This document shows, one piece after another, positions 27,248-35,790 of a stretch of 64,000 bases of DNA; the stretch's first letter is position 1; each line of letters begins with the position of its first letter. Both the position numbers and the translations under genes were made by a program. The DNA is from Micavibrio sp. TMED27. GTDB lineage: Bacteria; Pseudomonadota; Alphaproteobacteria; Micavibrionales; Micavibrionaceae. The DNA is taken from assembly GCA_002167715.1 (NCBI GenBank), contig NHCG01000002.1, forward strand, positions 987 to 64,986, written 5' to 3'. The notes beneath the pieces were generated by a model that saw only the letters and a program-made list of their open reading frames with translations, searched no databases and was not told the DNA's origin.

Positions 27248-28256
27248 CTTTTCTAATATGTTCTTCTTTTAAAAAAGTTTGGGATTCTATGTCGTTTGCT
27301 GCTTTTAATCCAACAACATCATCCCACTGCGATGCAGGAATGCCATTACATGGTTTACGAATCTCTAAGTTTTCCTCACTAAAGGTTTCGCCCGCCTTTA
27401 TATCTTTTTTCACATAGATAGACTGGAAGAATAGCTTTCTAAAATCAACAAATTCTTTAGCTTTTTCATCCTTATCAAGCGGGTTGGCACGCATCTCTTC
27501 AGCAAAACGCACCCCCTCGACCATACGTTTTAAATCCTCTGGATCAAGGGAAGCCGGCATATCAGGGCCCGGCATTTGGTAGCTCATACATATATGAACC
27601 TCTATCACAGAGGCCCCTTCCCATGCCGCAGCGATTGCAGGATAAATTGTTCCTGAGTGATCGGATAAACCTACATATGTACCGAAGCGCTCCTTATATT
27701 CATTCATAACATTCAGACCAACTTGCGAAGGTGGCGTTGGATACTGTGTCGTACATTGCGTAATGGCAACATCAATGTCATATGATTTTAGAATATTAAC
27801 CGCATCTTCTATTTCCTTCATTGGACTCATGCCTGTAGATATAATAACGGGCAGTCCTGTTTTTCCGACTTTGTGAAGCATCGGCACATTCGAGGTCTCG
27901 CCTGAAGAGATTTTCCAAACCGGAACACCAATTTCTTCAAGCATATCTATAGCCTGCAATGAAAAGGCCGACGCCATAAAAACAAGGCCTTTTGACGCAG
28001 CATAGTCGGCTAATTCCTTCCATTGCTCTGGTTCAAAGCATGTGCGCTCCCAATATTCAGAGCGCGTTTTATAACCATCTATGGGCACACGAAATTTTTC
28101 GTCTGGTGTACTTTCATACTTGGGAAGATGAATTTGAAACTTCACCGCGTCACAACCCGCATCAGCAGCAACATTGATATGCGATTTTGCCAGCATAAAA
28201 CTCGCATCATGAGCCTGCGCGACTTCCGCGATTATAAAGCATTTTTCATCAAACAT
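27237..28256 (-). CDS. NeuB-family nonulosonate synthase, divergent subtype (with C-terminal SAF domain)
   Basis: IIAEVAQAHDASFMLAKSHINVAADAGCDAVKFQ, KISSGE, GLSDHSG, IEVHI and a SAF-like C-terminus. The stop overlaps the downstream kinase start by 11 nt. Confidence 0.85.
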   Translation of the reverse strand: MFDEKCFIIAEVAQAHDASFMLAKSHINVAADAGCDAVKFQIHLPKYESTPDEKFRVPIDGYKTRSEYWERTCFEPEQWKELADYAASKGLVFMASAFSLQAIDMLEEIGVPVWKISSGETSNVPMLHKVGKTGLPVIISTGMSPMKEIEDAVNILKSYDIDVAITQCTTQYPTPPSQVGLNVMNEYKERFGTYVGLSDHSGTIYPAIAAAWEGASVIEVHICMSYQMPGPDMPASLDPEDLKRMVEGVRFAEEMRANPLDKDEKAKEFVDFRKLFFQSIYVKKDIKAGETFSEENLEIRKPCNGIPASQWDDVVGLKAANDIESQTFLKEEHIRKDVS

Positions 28257-28264
28257 AGTATTCC

Positions 28265-29227
28265 CTATTTATTATTTTTGGCCATGCGGGCGTTTGGAAA
28301 AGCCAAATGTGATTTATTAAAGAGAGCGCCTGTAAAGTCATTAGCAACTGGCGCTTGAACCGCGCGTTCCTCGCGGCCCCATAAAGGCATCATTTTTGAA
28401 AAGGCACTATAGAAATGTAGATGTAATAAAAGTCTTGGTTTTTGAGCTGTTCTACTTCCGTAATGATAACAACGGCATGTATCAATAAACGCAACTGTTC
28501 CTGGCTTACCAACCACCTGCTTTGCTTGATCCTCTTGAGCATATTGATAAACAATATCATCTTCAAGTTTTGTGTTTCTGCGCTGAATTTCATTTTTCTG
28601 ATGAAGTGTATTATATACGTTATCACTCACATCAGCTGGTAAGATTGTTAAAGGTCCTGTCTCACTCGTTATTTCATCGACAGGGAGGAAACATTTTATC
28701 TGCTTAATATCCTCTCCATCCAAGTGATAAAGCTGACTTCCTTTTGCACGTGCATCTTTGTTAGGTGAATACCAAAGAGCAGCAGAACTTAATATTGGGA
28801 AGGACCCTAAATAATCTGAAATTGGCCTTAAAATTTCCGGGCTTAATACCAGCTTTAAGATTGCTTCATTTTCAGGAGATGTGAGATCCAGTTTATGATT
28901 CAGAAGAAAAGCTTTCTTCGAAGTTTTTTCTTTTTCTTCCCAATCAATTTGATTGGCCTGCTGCTTGGCGTTTGCAATCGCATTCATAACCAATTCATTT
29001 TTGCTCATATCTGCTATGAGATAGCCAAGCTGATCTTCAATTTCGTATTCAGGTGTTGTTTTTGGAATTTTATTTAATAGGTCTTTTCTATGTTTATATT
29101 CACCTTGATTGAGTTTAGATGAAACTTTTTCATAGAAATGAAGCCAAGGTAAAGTGTCAGGAATAACAAGGCCCGGATAATTTGGGTAATGTTTAATCTG
29201 ACTAAGAGTTGCACGAAGTTTTTTCAT
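28265..29227 (-). CDS. PhyH-like Fe(II)/2-oxoglutarate dioxygenase (putative)
   Basis: HxD...H arrangement: LYHLDGED ... CRCYHYGSR. The ATG at 29227 (MKKLRATL) has a GGGGTG SD; the listed 29293 start would overlap the upstream gene. Confidence 0.5.
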   Translation of the reverse strand: MKKLRATLSQIKHYPNYPGLVIPDTLPWLHFYEKVSSKLNQGEYKHRKDLLNKIPKTTPEYEIEDQLGYLIADMSKNELVMNAIANAKQQANQIDWEEKEKTSKKAFLLNHKLDLTSPENEAILKLVLSPEILRPISDYLGSFPILSSAALWYSPNKDARAKGSQLYHLDGEDIKQIKCFLPVDEITSETGPLTILPADVSDNVYNTLHQKNEIQRRNTKLEDDIVYQYAQEDQAKQVVGKPGTVAFIDTCRCYHYGSRTAQKPRLLLHLHFYSAFSKMMPLWGREERAVQAPVANDFTGALFNKSHLAFPNARMAKNNK

Positions 29228-29267
29228 AGATTCACCCCTATATAAATCAAAGCAATACACATAACTA

Positions 29268-30275
29268 CTAGACAAGAAACTGGTTAATAACAACCTTTAA
29301 TTTATCTATACTGCCTTCTACGGCCTGCATTAATTGGCCTAACTTGTCATCAGTTAACGTCTCGGCTTGTAGAGCCTGCTTGAATTCCGGAACTGAATAA
29401 CTTGTAACGAGCGGGACTAAAGCACGGCTGGTCAATGGGCATAAATTTGTTTGGAGTAAATTAGGCTGGAGTCCAATAACGTGCTGGCCTGCAAATAGTC
29501 CCTCAACCATGATAGCAGAAAACATGGAAACCATCGTACCGCAACTATTGAGTGTATCTTCATCCGTAAATGGAAACCGGATAGAGCCACTCATATTATT
29601 TGGTAGTTTTTTTTGTGAAGGATGCGGCTTATAAACCAGCTCTTCTATTAAATCAGGATTTTGTTTTTGAAAGTCCTTTAGAAAATTCCAAACGCTCACT
29701 TCATCAAATCCAAGACCTTTCATAGAAGGAATTTCAGATAAAGGTTGCGAAGCAAAAACCACTCGAGATCTTGATTGAGGAGATGTCTTTATCTTGATAC
29801 GTTCTTCCCATGCTGGATGCCCAGTACAATGGATAATGTTTTCGGGAAGGCCTTCTGCAACAGCCTTGTCTTTTGCCCATTCATCAATAACAGTTACCGC
29901 GTCAGGAAGAGAGCCTTTTGGGTTAGACTCAAATATACGGGAGGCGTAATCATTCCATGAATCTATAACCTGAATATGGGGAATTTGATATTTCTTCGCA
30001 AATGTAGATATATCCAAAATAGGTTGTAAGCGGCATGCCGAATTAATGATGAGCTTAGGCGGATAATGACGAAAAACATGTTCTATATCTGATTGCTCTT
30101 CCCAAAAAGGCAGTAAAAAGCTTTGCAAAGTCGTTTTAAGTTTTTCAGACAGAGCCTTATTTGCAGAATATATACACCACTCTTTATAGCCTTTGTTAAT
30201 CCAATCCTTCCATAAAGGTGCAAGATATGCAGCTTGCCCCGGTTGAGCAATTACAAAGATTACGTATTTAGTCAC
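29268..30275 (-). CDS. Hypothetical GT-B-like protein with a K-P-H-P motif
   Basis: Rossmann-like pattern in the C-terminal half: RVVFASQP ... LVYKPHPSQ ... MVSMFSAIMVEGLFAGQHVIGL. No family assigned. Confidence 0.4.
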   Translation of the reverse strand: MTKYVIFVIAQPGQAAYLAPLWKDWINKGYKEWCIYSANKALSEKLKTTLQSFLLPFWEEQSDIEHVFRHYPPKLIINSACRLQPILDISTFAKKYQIPHIQVIDSWNDYASRIFESNPKGSLPDAVTVIDEWAKDKAVAEGLPENIIHCTGHPAWEERIKIKTSPQSRSRVVFASQPLSEIPSMKGLGFDEVSVWNFLKDFQKQNPDLIEELVYKPHPSQKKLPNNMSGSIRFPFTDEDTLNSCGTMVSMFSAIMVEGLFAGQHVIGLQPNLLQTNLCPLTSRALVPLVTSYSVPEFKQALQAETLTDDKLGQLMQAVEGSIDKLKVVINQFLV

Positions 30276-31215
30276 TGAAAAAAGCCTTTATTTCTTCAGC
30301 GATTTGAAGACTCATACGTTTTTGAGCATCATTTGTTGATGCCGCGATATGTGGCGTAAAAAGAATTCGTGGGTGATTAATCAAAGCATGAGAAAAATCA
30401 TGTTGCTCTGGCGCGGCATTATATGGCGGTTCCGGATGAATAACATCAAGGGCCGCAGATGCTATAACCCCATTATCAAGCGCCTCGATGAGGTCCTTTT
30501 TATTCACAATATCGCCGCGTGCAGTATTAATTAAAAAAGAACCTTTTTTCATTCGATTAAAAACAGATTCATTAACCATATTGCTTGTTTTATCCGTACT
30601 AGGAACATGCAATGTCAGAACGTCAATATGCTCAAGCATTTCATCTATTGTTTCAACCATCTTCCCGCCGAGATCCGCAAATATGGTTTCACGGCGCATA
30701 GTTCGATCACAACCATATAATTTACAACCAAATGGCGACAACCTTCTAGCAACAGCCATACCAGTATTACCTAAGCCAACAATTCCTATACTCAATTGAG
30801 AAAGCTCACGCCCTTCATAAAGGTGTCTTCGAAAATCATTATTCTGAACCGCTGTATTTATCTCTGGCATTCGGCGAATAAGGTTCATAATCAAACCAAT
30901 AGTAAACTCCGCTGTTGAGATTGTATTACCAGTCGGCGTTGTAATTAACTTAATGCCTTTTTCTTCCAGAAGGTCGCAATCAATATTATCGACCCCTACC
31001 CCTGCACGTGCAACGATTTTCAGTGCTTGAGCGCGCTCCAAAAACTCGCGGTCTACTTGAATATTGCTCTTTAGAATAATGACATCATAATCATGAATAA
31101 CAGATAGTAATTCAGCTCTAGATAAACCTTCAAAATGCTCAACATTTGATGTCAGAGCCAGAACCTCTAAACCTGCATCATGGATAGTTTCTAAAACTGC
31201 AATTTTCACAGACAT
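30268..31215 (-). CDS. D-isomer-specific 2-hydroxyacid dehydrogenase (phosphoglycerate-dehydrogenase-like)
   Basis: NAD motif GIVGLGNTGMAVARRL, plus NTARGDIV, ALDV and TPHIAAST (catalytic His). Confidence 0.85.
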   Translation of the reverse strand: MSVKIAVLETIHDAGLEVLALTSNVEHFEGLSRAELLSVIHDYDVIILKSNIQVDREFLERAQALKIVARAGVGVDNIDCDLLEEKGIKLITTPTGNTISTAEFTIGLIMNLIRRMPEINTAVQNNDFRRHLYEGRELSQLSIGIVGLGNTGMAVARRLSPFGCKLYGCDRTMRRETIFADLGGKMVETIDEMLEHIDVLTLHVPSTDKTSNMVNESVFNRMKKGSFLINTARGDIVNKKDLIEALDNGVIASAALDVIHPEPPYNAAPEQHDFSHALINHPRILFTPHIAASTNDAQKRMSLQIAEEIKAFFSD

Positions 31216-31218
31216 TCG

Positions 31219-32262
31219 CTATACCGCCTTCAACATCTTATAAGGGATAACGTGCTTTTCTTCCGGACTTATTCGCTGCGAAGTTTCTTCTCCTTTTGCA
31301 AGGCTAATAATATCATCTAAGAGCGGGATACCTGCTGCTATTGAAATAGAAAAACTACCGCTTGGCCGAGGATTTATTTCCAGTATATATGCCGTGCCAT
31401 CGACGTCATACATGGCATCAATATCTTGTAACCATGATAAATTAAATTTCTTAATTACAATTTCAGCCATTTTAATAAGCTGCGGGTCATTTAAAAGGAT
31501 ATGCCCCTCATTTGGTGCCGCTGAATGCACTCTGCGTCTGGGGATTACTTGAATAACTCGTCCATCATGAGAAACCATATCGATATCATGAACGGGCTCT
31601 GCTAGGCGCTGCATAACCACTACAGGAAACTTTCCCTCATAAAAATTCGTGAAATCTTTTTTATAAGTGTTTAACCCCATACGAAGTTCACGTGCATTTG
31701 GAACTGTTTCAACTTCCTGATATTGATCACTGATGATAAGGATATCACGCCCCCCCCTAGCGACAGATGGCTTTAAAACTATACCATGTGGACATTGCAC
31801 ATATACTTCATCAAGAGCGTCTAACAATTCGTTTTGATCAGAGACTTCTTTCCATACAGGAACATTTAAACCTTCAATCTTTGATATAGCTCTATAGGTT
31901 TCAGCCTTATTAGCCAGAATCTCTAGTGTTTGATAGTCAGGACAAGCAACTTGACACCCCTGCTTTTCAAAAAGTTCTCTATGTTTTGCCAGCATGAGAG
32001 CCTCTTCATCCGAACCAGGCAAAATCAGCTGCACAGCTTCATTCGAAACAATATTTAATACTGATGAAATATAAGAAGGATCATCTGCAAATGGCACGGT
32101 GTAAAATGCATCAGCAAAATATTTTCCAGTGGCTTTTTCACTGGCATCTACACCAACCACACGTACGTCGTGACGCTGACTTTTTTGAGCAAACGTCATA
32201 GTTTGCGCAGACATTTCTCCTCCTACGGAGGTCATCATTAAAGAAAATTTCTTAATGCTCAT
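31219..32262 (-). CDS. ATP-grasp ligase (carbamoyl-phosphate-synthase-L-like fold)
   Basis: VLKPSVARGGRDI and YILEINPRPSGS, with size and pattern typical of ATP-grasp enzymes. Contains a G8 tract. Confidence 0.8.
   Translation of the reverse strand: MSIKKFSLMMTSVGGEMSAQTMTFAQKSQRHDVRVVGVDASEKATGKYFADAFYTVPFADDPSYISSVLNIVSNEAVQLILPGSDEEALMLAKHRELFEKQGCQVACPDYQTLEILANKAETYRAISKIEGLNVPVWKEVSDQNELLDALDEVYVQCPHGIVLKPSVARGGRDILIISDQYQEVETVPNARELRMGLNTYKKDFTNFYEGKFPVVVMQRLAEPVHDIDMVSHDGRVIQVIPRRRVHSAAPNEGHILLNDPQLIKMAEIVIKKFNLSWLQDIDAMYDVDGTAYILEINPRPSGSFSISIAAGIPLLDDIISLAKGEETSQRISPEEKHVIPYKMLKAV
31750..31757 (-). repeat. Homopolymeric G8 tract (C8 on the plus strand) in the middle of the ATP-grasp CDS
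   Basis: The minus strand reads GCT AGG GGG GGG CGT GAT = ARGGRD. Confidence 0.95.
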
Positions 32263-33287
32263 AATTTATATATATCCTGCTCAGTTATGGGCTCATTCTT
32301 TGTCAGCGCTTTTCTCGTTCTTTGCCCTAAAACAAAATCGTATTGTTTAGCTTCCATTCCACGCTTATCGGGTAAAGCCCGTTTAAGTGCTACATTATTT
32401 TCATCTAAAATTTCGTCCGCTTGAATATCACGGCGCGCGACTAAAGTACGTAAATATTTAACGGCATTATTCGCTAGATTACCTTCAACACTCTTTGTCG
32501 CTTGACCTAAAATAATTTCGGCTTCACGGACTTTTTTAACTAAAAGTGCCATCTCGGTTGGCTCTAATGACAACTTATGATCAAAACTAGGCCGTGTTTT
32601 ATCAAGGGTAAAATGTTTTTCAATGATGTGTGCGCCTGCAAACACAGCTGCTGCCGCAATATCTGTACCTTCAGTATGATCAGAGAACCCTACTGGCACA
32701 TTATAACGTTCTTGCATAGCTCTTATCGTGCTTAAATTTAATGTTTCATAGGGTGCAGGATAGATAGATGTACATTGAAAAAGACCAAGCTGTTTCATAT
32801 CACCATAATCTTTTACCCATGACACAGCTTCATCAATTTGTTCTTCATTGGCCATTCCAGTCGACATGAGAACTGGCTTGCCTGTTTGGGCCGTTTTTTT
32901 AATGATCACTGGATTTGTCATCATGCCAGATGAAATTTTATGTCCTGCTGGATTTAATTTATTAACCCATTCAAGAGTAATAGGATCCGGTGAAGTCGTA
33001 AAAGGATCAATCTTCAAGTCCCGGGCATATTGAAACATTTGCGCTGTTTCTGATTTACTCAGCTCACACGTTTTAAACAGTTCATAACTTTCGGTTCCTG
33101 GGACATAATTTTCTTCAGGATCACATGTCTGCAACTTAATAGCATCCGCGCCGGCATCGGCTGCAGCTTTTATCATGCGGGCGCAATCTTCAACACTCCC
33201 CTCATGATTTACCCCAATCTCAGCGATTATATATGCTGGGTTTCCAGGCCCTATTTTTTTTGTACCAAATTGAAAAGGCTTAACCAT
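32259..33287 (-). CDS. NeuB-family nonulosonate synthase, canonical subtype (probable pseudaminate synthase given the adjacent PseG-like gene)
   Basis: IIAEIGVNHEGSVEDCARMIKAAADAGADAIKLQT, KISSGM, GFSDHTEG, IEKHF and a SAF-like C-terminus. Confidence 0.85.
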   Translation of the reverse strand: MVKPFQFGTKKIGPGNPAYIIAEIGVNHEGSVEDCARMIKAAADAGADAIKLQTCDPEENYVPGTESYELFKTCELSKSETAQMFQYARDLKIDPFTTSPDPITLEWVNKLNPAGHKISSGMMTNPVIIKKTAQTGKPVLMSTGMANEEQIDEAVSWVKDYGDMKQLGLFQCTSIYPAPYETLNLSTIRAMQERYNVPVGFSDHTEGTDIAAAAVFAGAHIIEKHFTLDKTRPSFDHKLSLEPTEMALLVKKVREAEIILGQATKSVEGNLANNAVKYLRTLVARRDIQADEILDENNVALKRALPDKRGMEAKQYDFVLGQRTRKALTKNEPITEQDIYKL

Positions 33288-34239
33288 TTGCGTTCTTTGC
33301 CCAAGTCGTTATTTCATTTGCTATGCGCTGAGCACCATTACCATCTATCAGCTTTCTTGAACAGTTAGAAAGTTGATTTAGGGCCATTGGCGTGAGGGTA
33401 TCTATTAAATTTAAAAACTCTGTATCAATAATATGCTCAATTTTCCCAGCATTGATAATAACCCCTAACGCGCTCAATTCTTCGACTTGAGCGCTTTGAT
33501 TTTCAGCCGTAATAATCGCCAAATAAGGAATTCCGGCCGCACAGCTTTCCAAAACACTGACTCCGCCAGAGCCAATAAACAAATCAGTTTGAGCCATAAT
33601 CTCAATCAAGTTCGAAGGCGCATGATAAAACTGTGCATCATGACGCGTGCGATCTACATATTCTTTAATCGCTGCATATGCTTCGTTTTGCGCTCCGCAA
33701 ACAACATTCAGCTTTAATGGCACTTCTGTTGATTCTAATATGCTTAATATTTTAGTCGTCGCCCCTTTGCTGTCCTTTTGACCAAAACATAAAGTTATTC
33801 GGCTCAAAACAGGAGACGGACTTCTTTCAATTTTTGCAAATTCTGGATTTAATAGCGCGTATTCAAAACCAGAAACATTAGCTCCGACATGAGCGCTATA
33901 TGCAATACTATGTTTTGGAAACCCTGATTTATTTACGGTATCAATTAAACCAGCAACCGGATAAGAACAGCGATTTAAAAACATATAATCTGGGTGATAA
34001 TGATCAAGCCAAAGCCCTTCATACTCACCTGTCACAGAATTAACGTCATCAAAATATTCAAAGCCATGCTCAGACAATACAGGAAACCAATGAGCTGCAT
34101 GTTGGTCTAGCAAGAAATCTATGTCTTTGCCGTTGGCTTGCATAGTTTTTGCCAGTTCTAAACTCCGCATAACATGACCACCACCAAATTGAGGGGCACT
34201 AGCAACATAAAACAACCACGCTTTTTGTGTATTCTTCAT
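33280..34239 (-). CDS. pseG: PseG-like UDP-sugar hydrolase (GT-B, GT28 C-terminal type)
   Basis: MKNTQKAWLFYVASAPQFGGGHVMRSLELAKTM matches the PseG N-terminal GxGHxxR motif. C-terminal LFIGSGGVSVLESCAAGIP. The ATG at 34239 is preferred; the listed 34368 start leaves only 20 nt to the divergent gene. Confidence 0.6.
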   Translation of the reverse strand: MKNTQKAWLFYVASAPQFGGGHVMRSLELAKTMQANGKDIDFLLDQHAAHWFPVLSEHGFEYFDDVNSVTGEYEGLWLDHYHPDYMFLNRCSYPVAGLIDTVNKSGFPKHSIAYSAHVGANVSGFEYALLNPEFAKIERSPSPVLSRITLCFGQKDSKGATTKILSILESTEVPLKLNVVCGAQNEAYAAIKEYVDRTRHDAQFYHAPSNLIEIMAQTDLFIGSGGVSVLESCAAGIPYLAIITAENQSAQVEELSALGVIINAGKIEHIIDTEFLNLIDTLTPMALNQLSNCSRKLIDGNGAQRIANEITTWAKNANG

Positions 34240-34279
34240 ACTTACATAGATATCAGAAAGCCTTAGGATACATAAGCTA

Positions 34280-34353
34280 AAATTGATTGTAATCAATTTG
34301 GAAAAACAAAAGTTACTTATTGTGAAACATTGATTTTTTACGAGATATCTCGT
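34280..34353. promoter_or_regulatory. Two perfect palindromes in the divergent promoter region
   Basis: AAATTGATT-gt-AATCAATTT (34280..34299) and ACGAGATATCTCGT (34340..34353). Confidence 0.4.
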
Positions 34354-34388
34354 AGATAAGCTATACAACCTAATTTAGTGAGAACAAT

Positions 34389-35789
34389 ATGAGTCAGAAT
34401 ATAGTGATTGTGGGCGGTGGAATGAGTGGATTGGCTTCAGCCCGTTTTTTAGCAGAAGACCCAAATAACAATATTACTATTATAGAAAAAAGTAATGAAT
34501 TTGGCGGGCTATATACATCAACAAGAAGTAAAGATGGTTACGTTTTTGATCATGGTTCACACACTGTCCTGGATACAGGCGTTCCAGAGCTAGATTCAAT
34601 CTTATTTGAAGACTTCAAGAAGGATGAATGGGAAATCATTGAAGAATCTCTGAAAGAGACTGTCTACTTCCTCGGAGAACACACTGATAACACTGTTTGC
34701 CCAGATGCCCGCAAGCTACCAGCAGATATATATCAAAAAGGCTTAGCTGAATTCATGGCGCTAAAAGCCCCTGAAACTGAGCCAAAAAACCTAGAAGAGA
34801 TGCTGAATGCCACATATGGAAAAACTTTTGCAGACCATCTAATCAGGCCAATAATTGAGAAATTCTATCAAGGCGATTTCAAAGATTTACATCCCAAAAT
34901 GTATAAGGATTTTCTTCCACTTTCGAGAATTATTCTATTCGATACAGAGATGACAAATCGTCTCAAACAAATTCCATTTTTTGATGATCGTATTGCATGG
35001 ACTCATTTCAAAGAAGGCAATTCACAAATTAAAAAGTACTTTTCTAAAAAAGGCGGTGTTGGCGTTTGGCCTGCCTTATTAGAAGAAAAAGTAAGAAAAA
35101 TGGGCGTTAAGATGATGCCTAATCACGCTGTTAAAACAGTCACCCATAATAACGGAGAAATTTCGGGCGTCGTTCTTGAGGATGGAACAACTATTCAGTG
35201 TGATCAGCTTATATGGACAATCCCAGCTATATCATTCTTGCAAGCTGCGAATTTGCCTTTACCTAAGGCAGAGCGCCCAACTGTGCTCCAGTCTCTAGTG
35301 TATAATTTCATTTTTGATAAAGAGCTACTTAAGGACGATCACTGGATTTTCAACTATGATAAGGACATGGATACGTTCCGTGTAACGCTCTACCCAAATC
35401 TGACAACTGGTCCTATCGGTAAAGCGCCGCACCACATGACGGTTGAGGTTCTAAAGCAGCCTCAGGACATTCCAGAAAATATAGATGATTTATGGGATAG
35501 CCTTTTTGCTGAAGCTGTAAAAATGGGCCTTGTTTCACAAGACACGAACATAATTGATCGTTATTGCTACGCTGCACCTGGTGCACGCCCTATACCAACG
35601 CTAAACTTTAAAAAAGCACAGTCAGAACAAATCCAACTTGCTAAAGATTCATTTTCTAATTTGAAGCTTTACGGACGCGGTAATGGTTCACATTTCATGA
35701 ACCCACTCCTTAGAGAAATCTGGGTTGATATTAAAGGGATAGATGTAAACCCAAATGAACGTCCAGCAAAAGCATTAGAAGCAGCGTAA
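34389..35789 (+). CDS. FAD/NAD(P)-binding oxidoreductase (amine-oxidase/protoporphyrinogen-oxidase-like)
   Basis: N-terminal IVIVGGGMSGLASARFLAE...ITIIEKSNEFGG dinucleotide-binding motif. Confidence 0.7.
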   Translation: MSQNIVIVGGGMSGLASARFLAEDPNNNITIIEKSNEFGGLYTSTRSKDGYVFDHGSHTVLDTGVPELDSILFEDFKKDEWEIIEESLKETVYFLGEHTDNTVCPDARKLPADIYQKGLAEFMALKAPETEPKNLEEMLNATYGKTFADHLIRPIIEKFYQGDFKDLHPKMYKDFLPLSRIILFDTEMTNRLKQIPFFDDRIAWTHFKEGNSQIKKYFSKKGGVGVWPALLEEKVRKMGVKMMPNHAVKTVTHNNGEISGVVLEDGTTIQCDQLIWTIPAISFLQAANLPLPKAERPTVLQSLVYNFIFDKELLKDDHWIFNYDKDMDTFRVTLYPNLTTGPIGKAPHHMTVEVLKQPQDIPENIDDLWDSLFAEAVKMGLVSQDTNIIDRYCYAAPGARPIPTLNFKKAQSEQIQLAKDSFSNLKLYGRGNGSHFMNPLLREIWVDIKGIDVNPNERPAKALEAA

Positions 35790-35790
35790 A

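Noticed and set aside
33254-33261. A8/T8 homopolymers, for example 33254..33261 and the runs near 14445, 29607, 49743 and 63793.
   Set aside because: In DNA that is roughly 60% A+T, several 8-nt A/T runs are expected by chance, and they fall in Lys/Phe codons. They are not treated as phase-variation candidates, unlike the two G/C 8-mers.
34240-34368. Long N-terminal extensions in the listed ORFs 33280..34368 (also 12437..12502 and 29228..29293).
   Set aside because: The extensions encode Cys/Phe/Ile-rich junk (MYSLSTRYLVKNQCFTISNFCFSKL...). They erase the promoter space or overlap neighbouring genes, and family-typical N-termini begin at the internal ATGs (34239, 12503, 29227).
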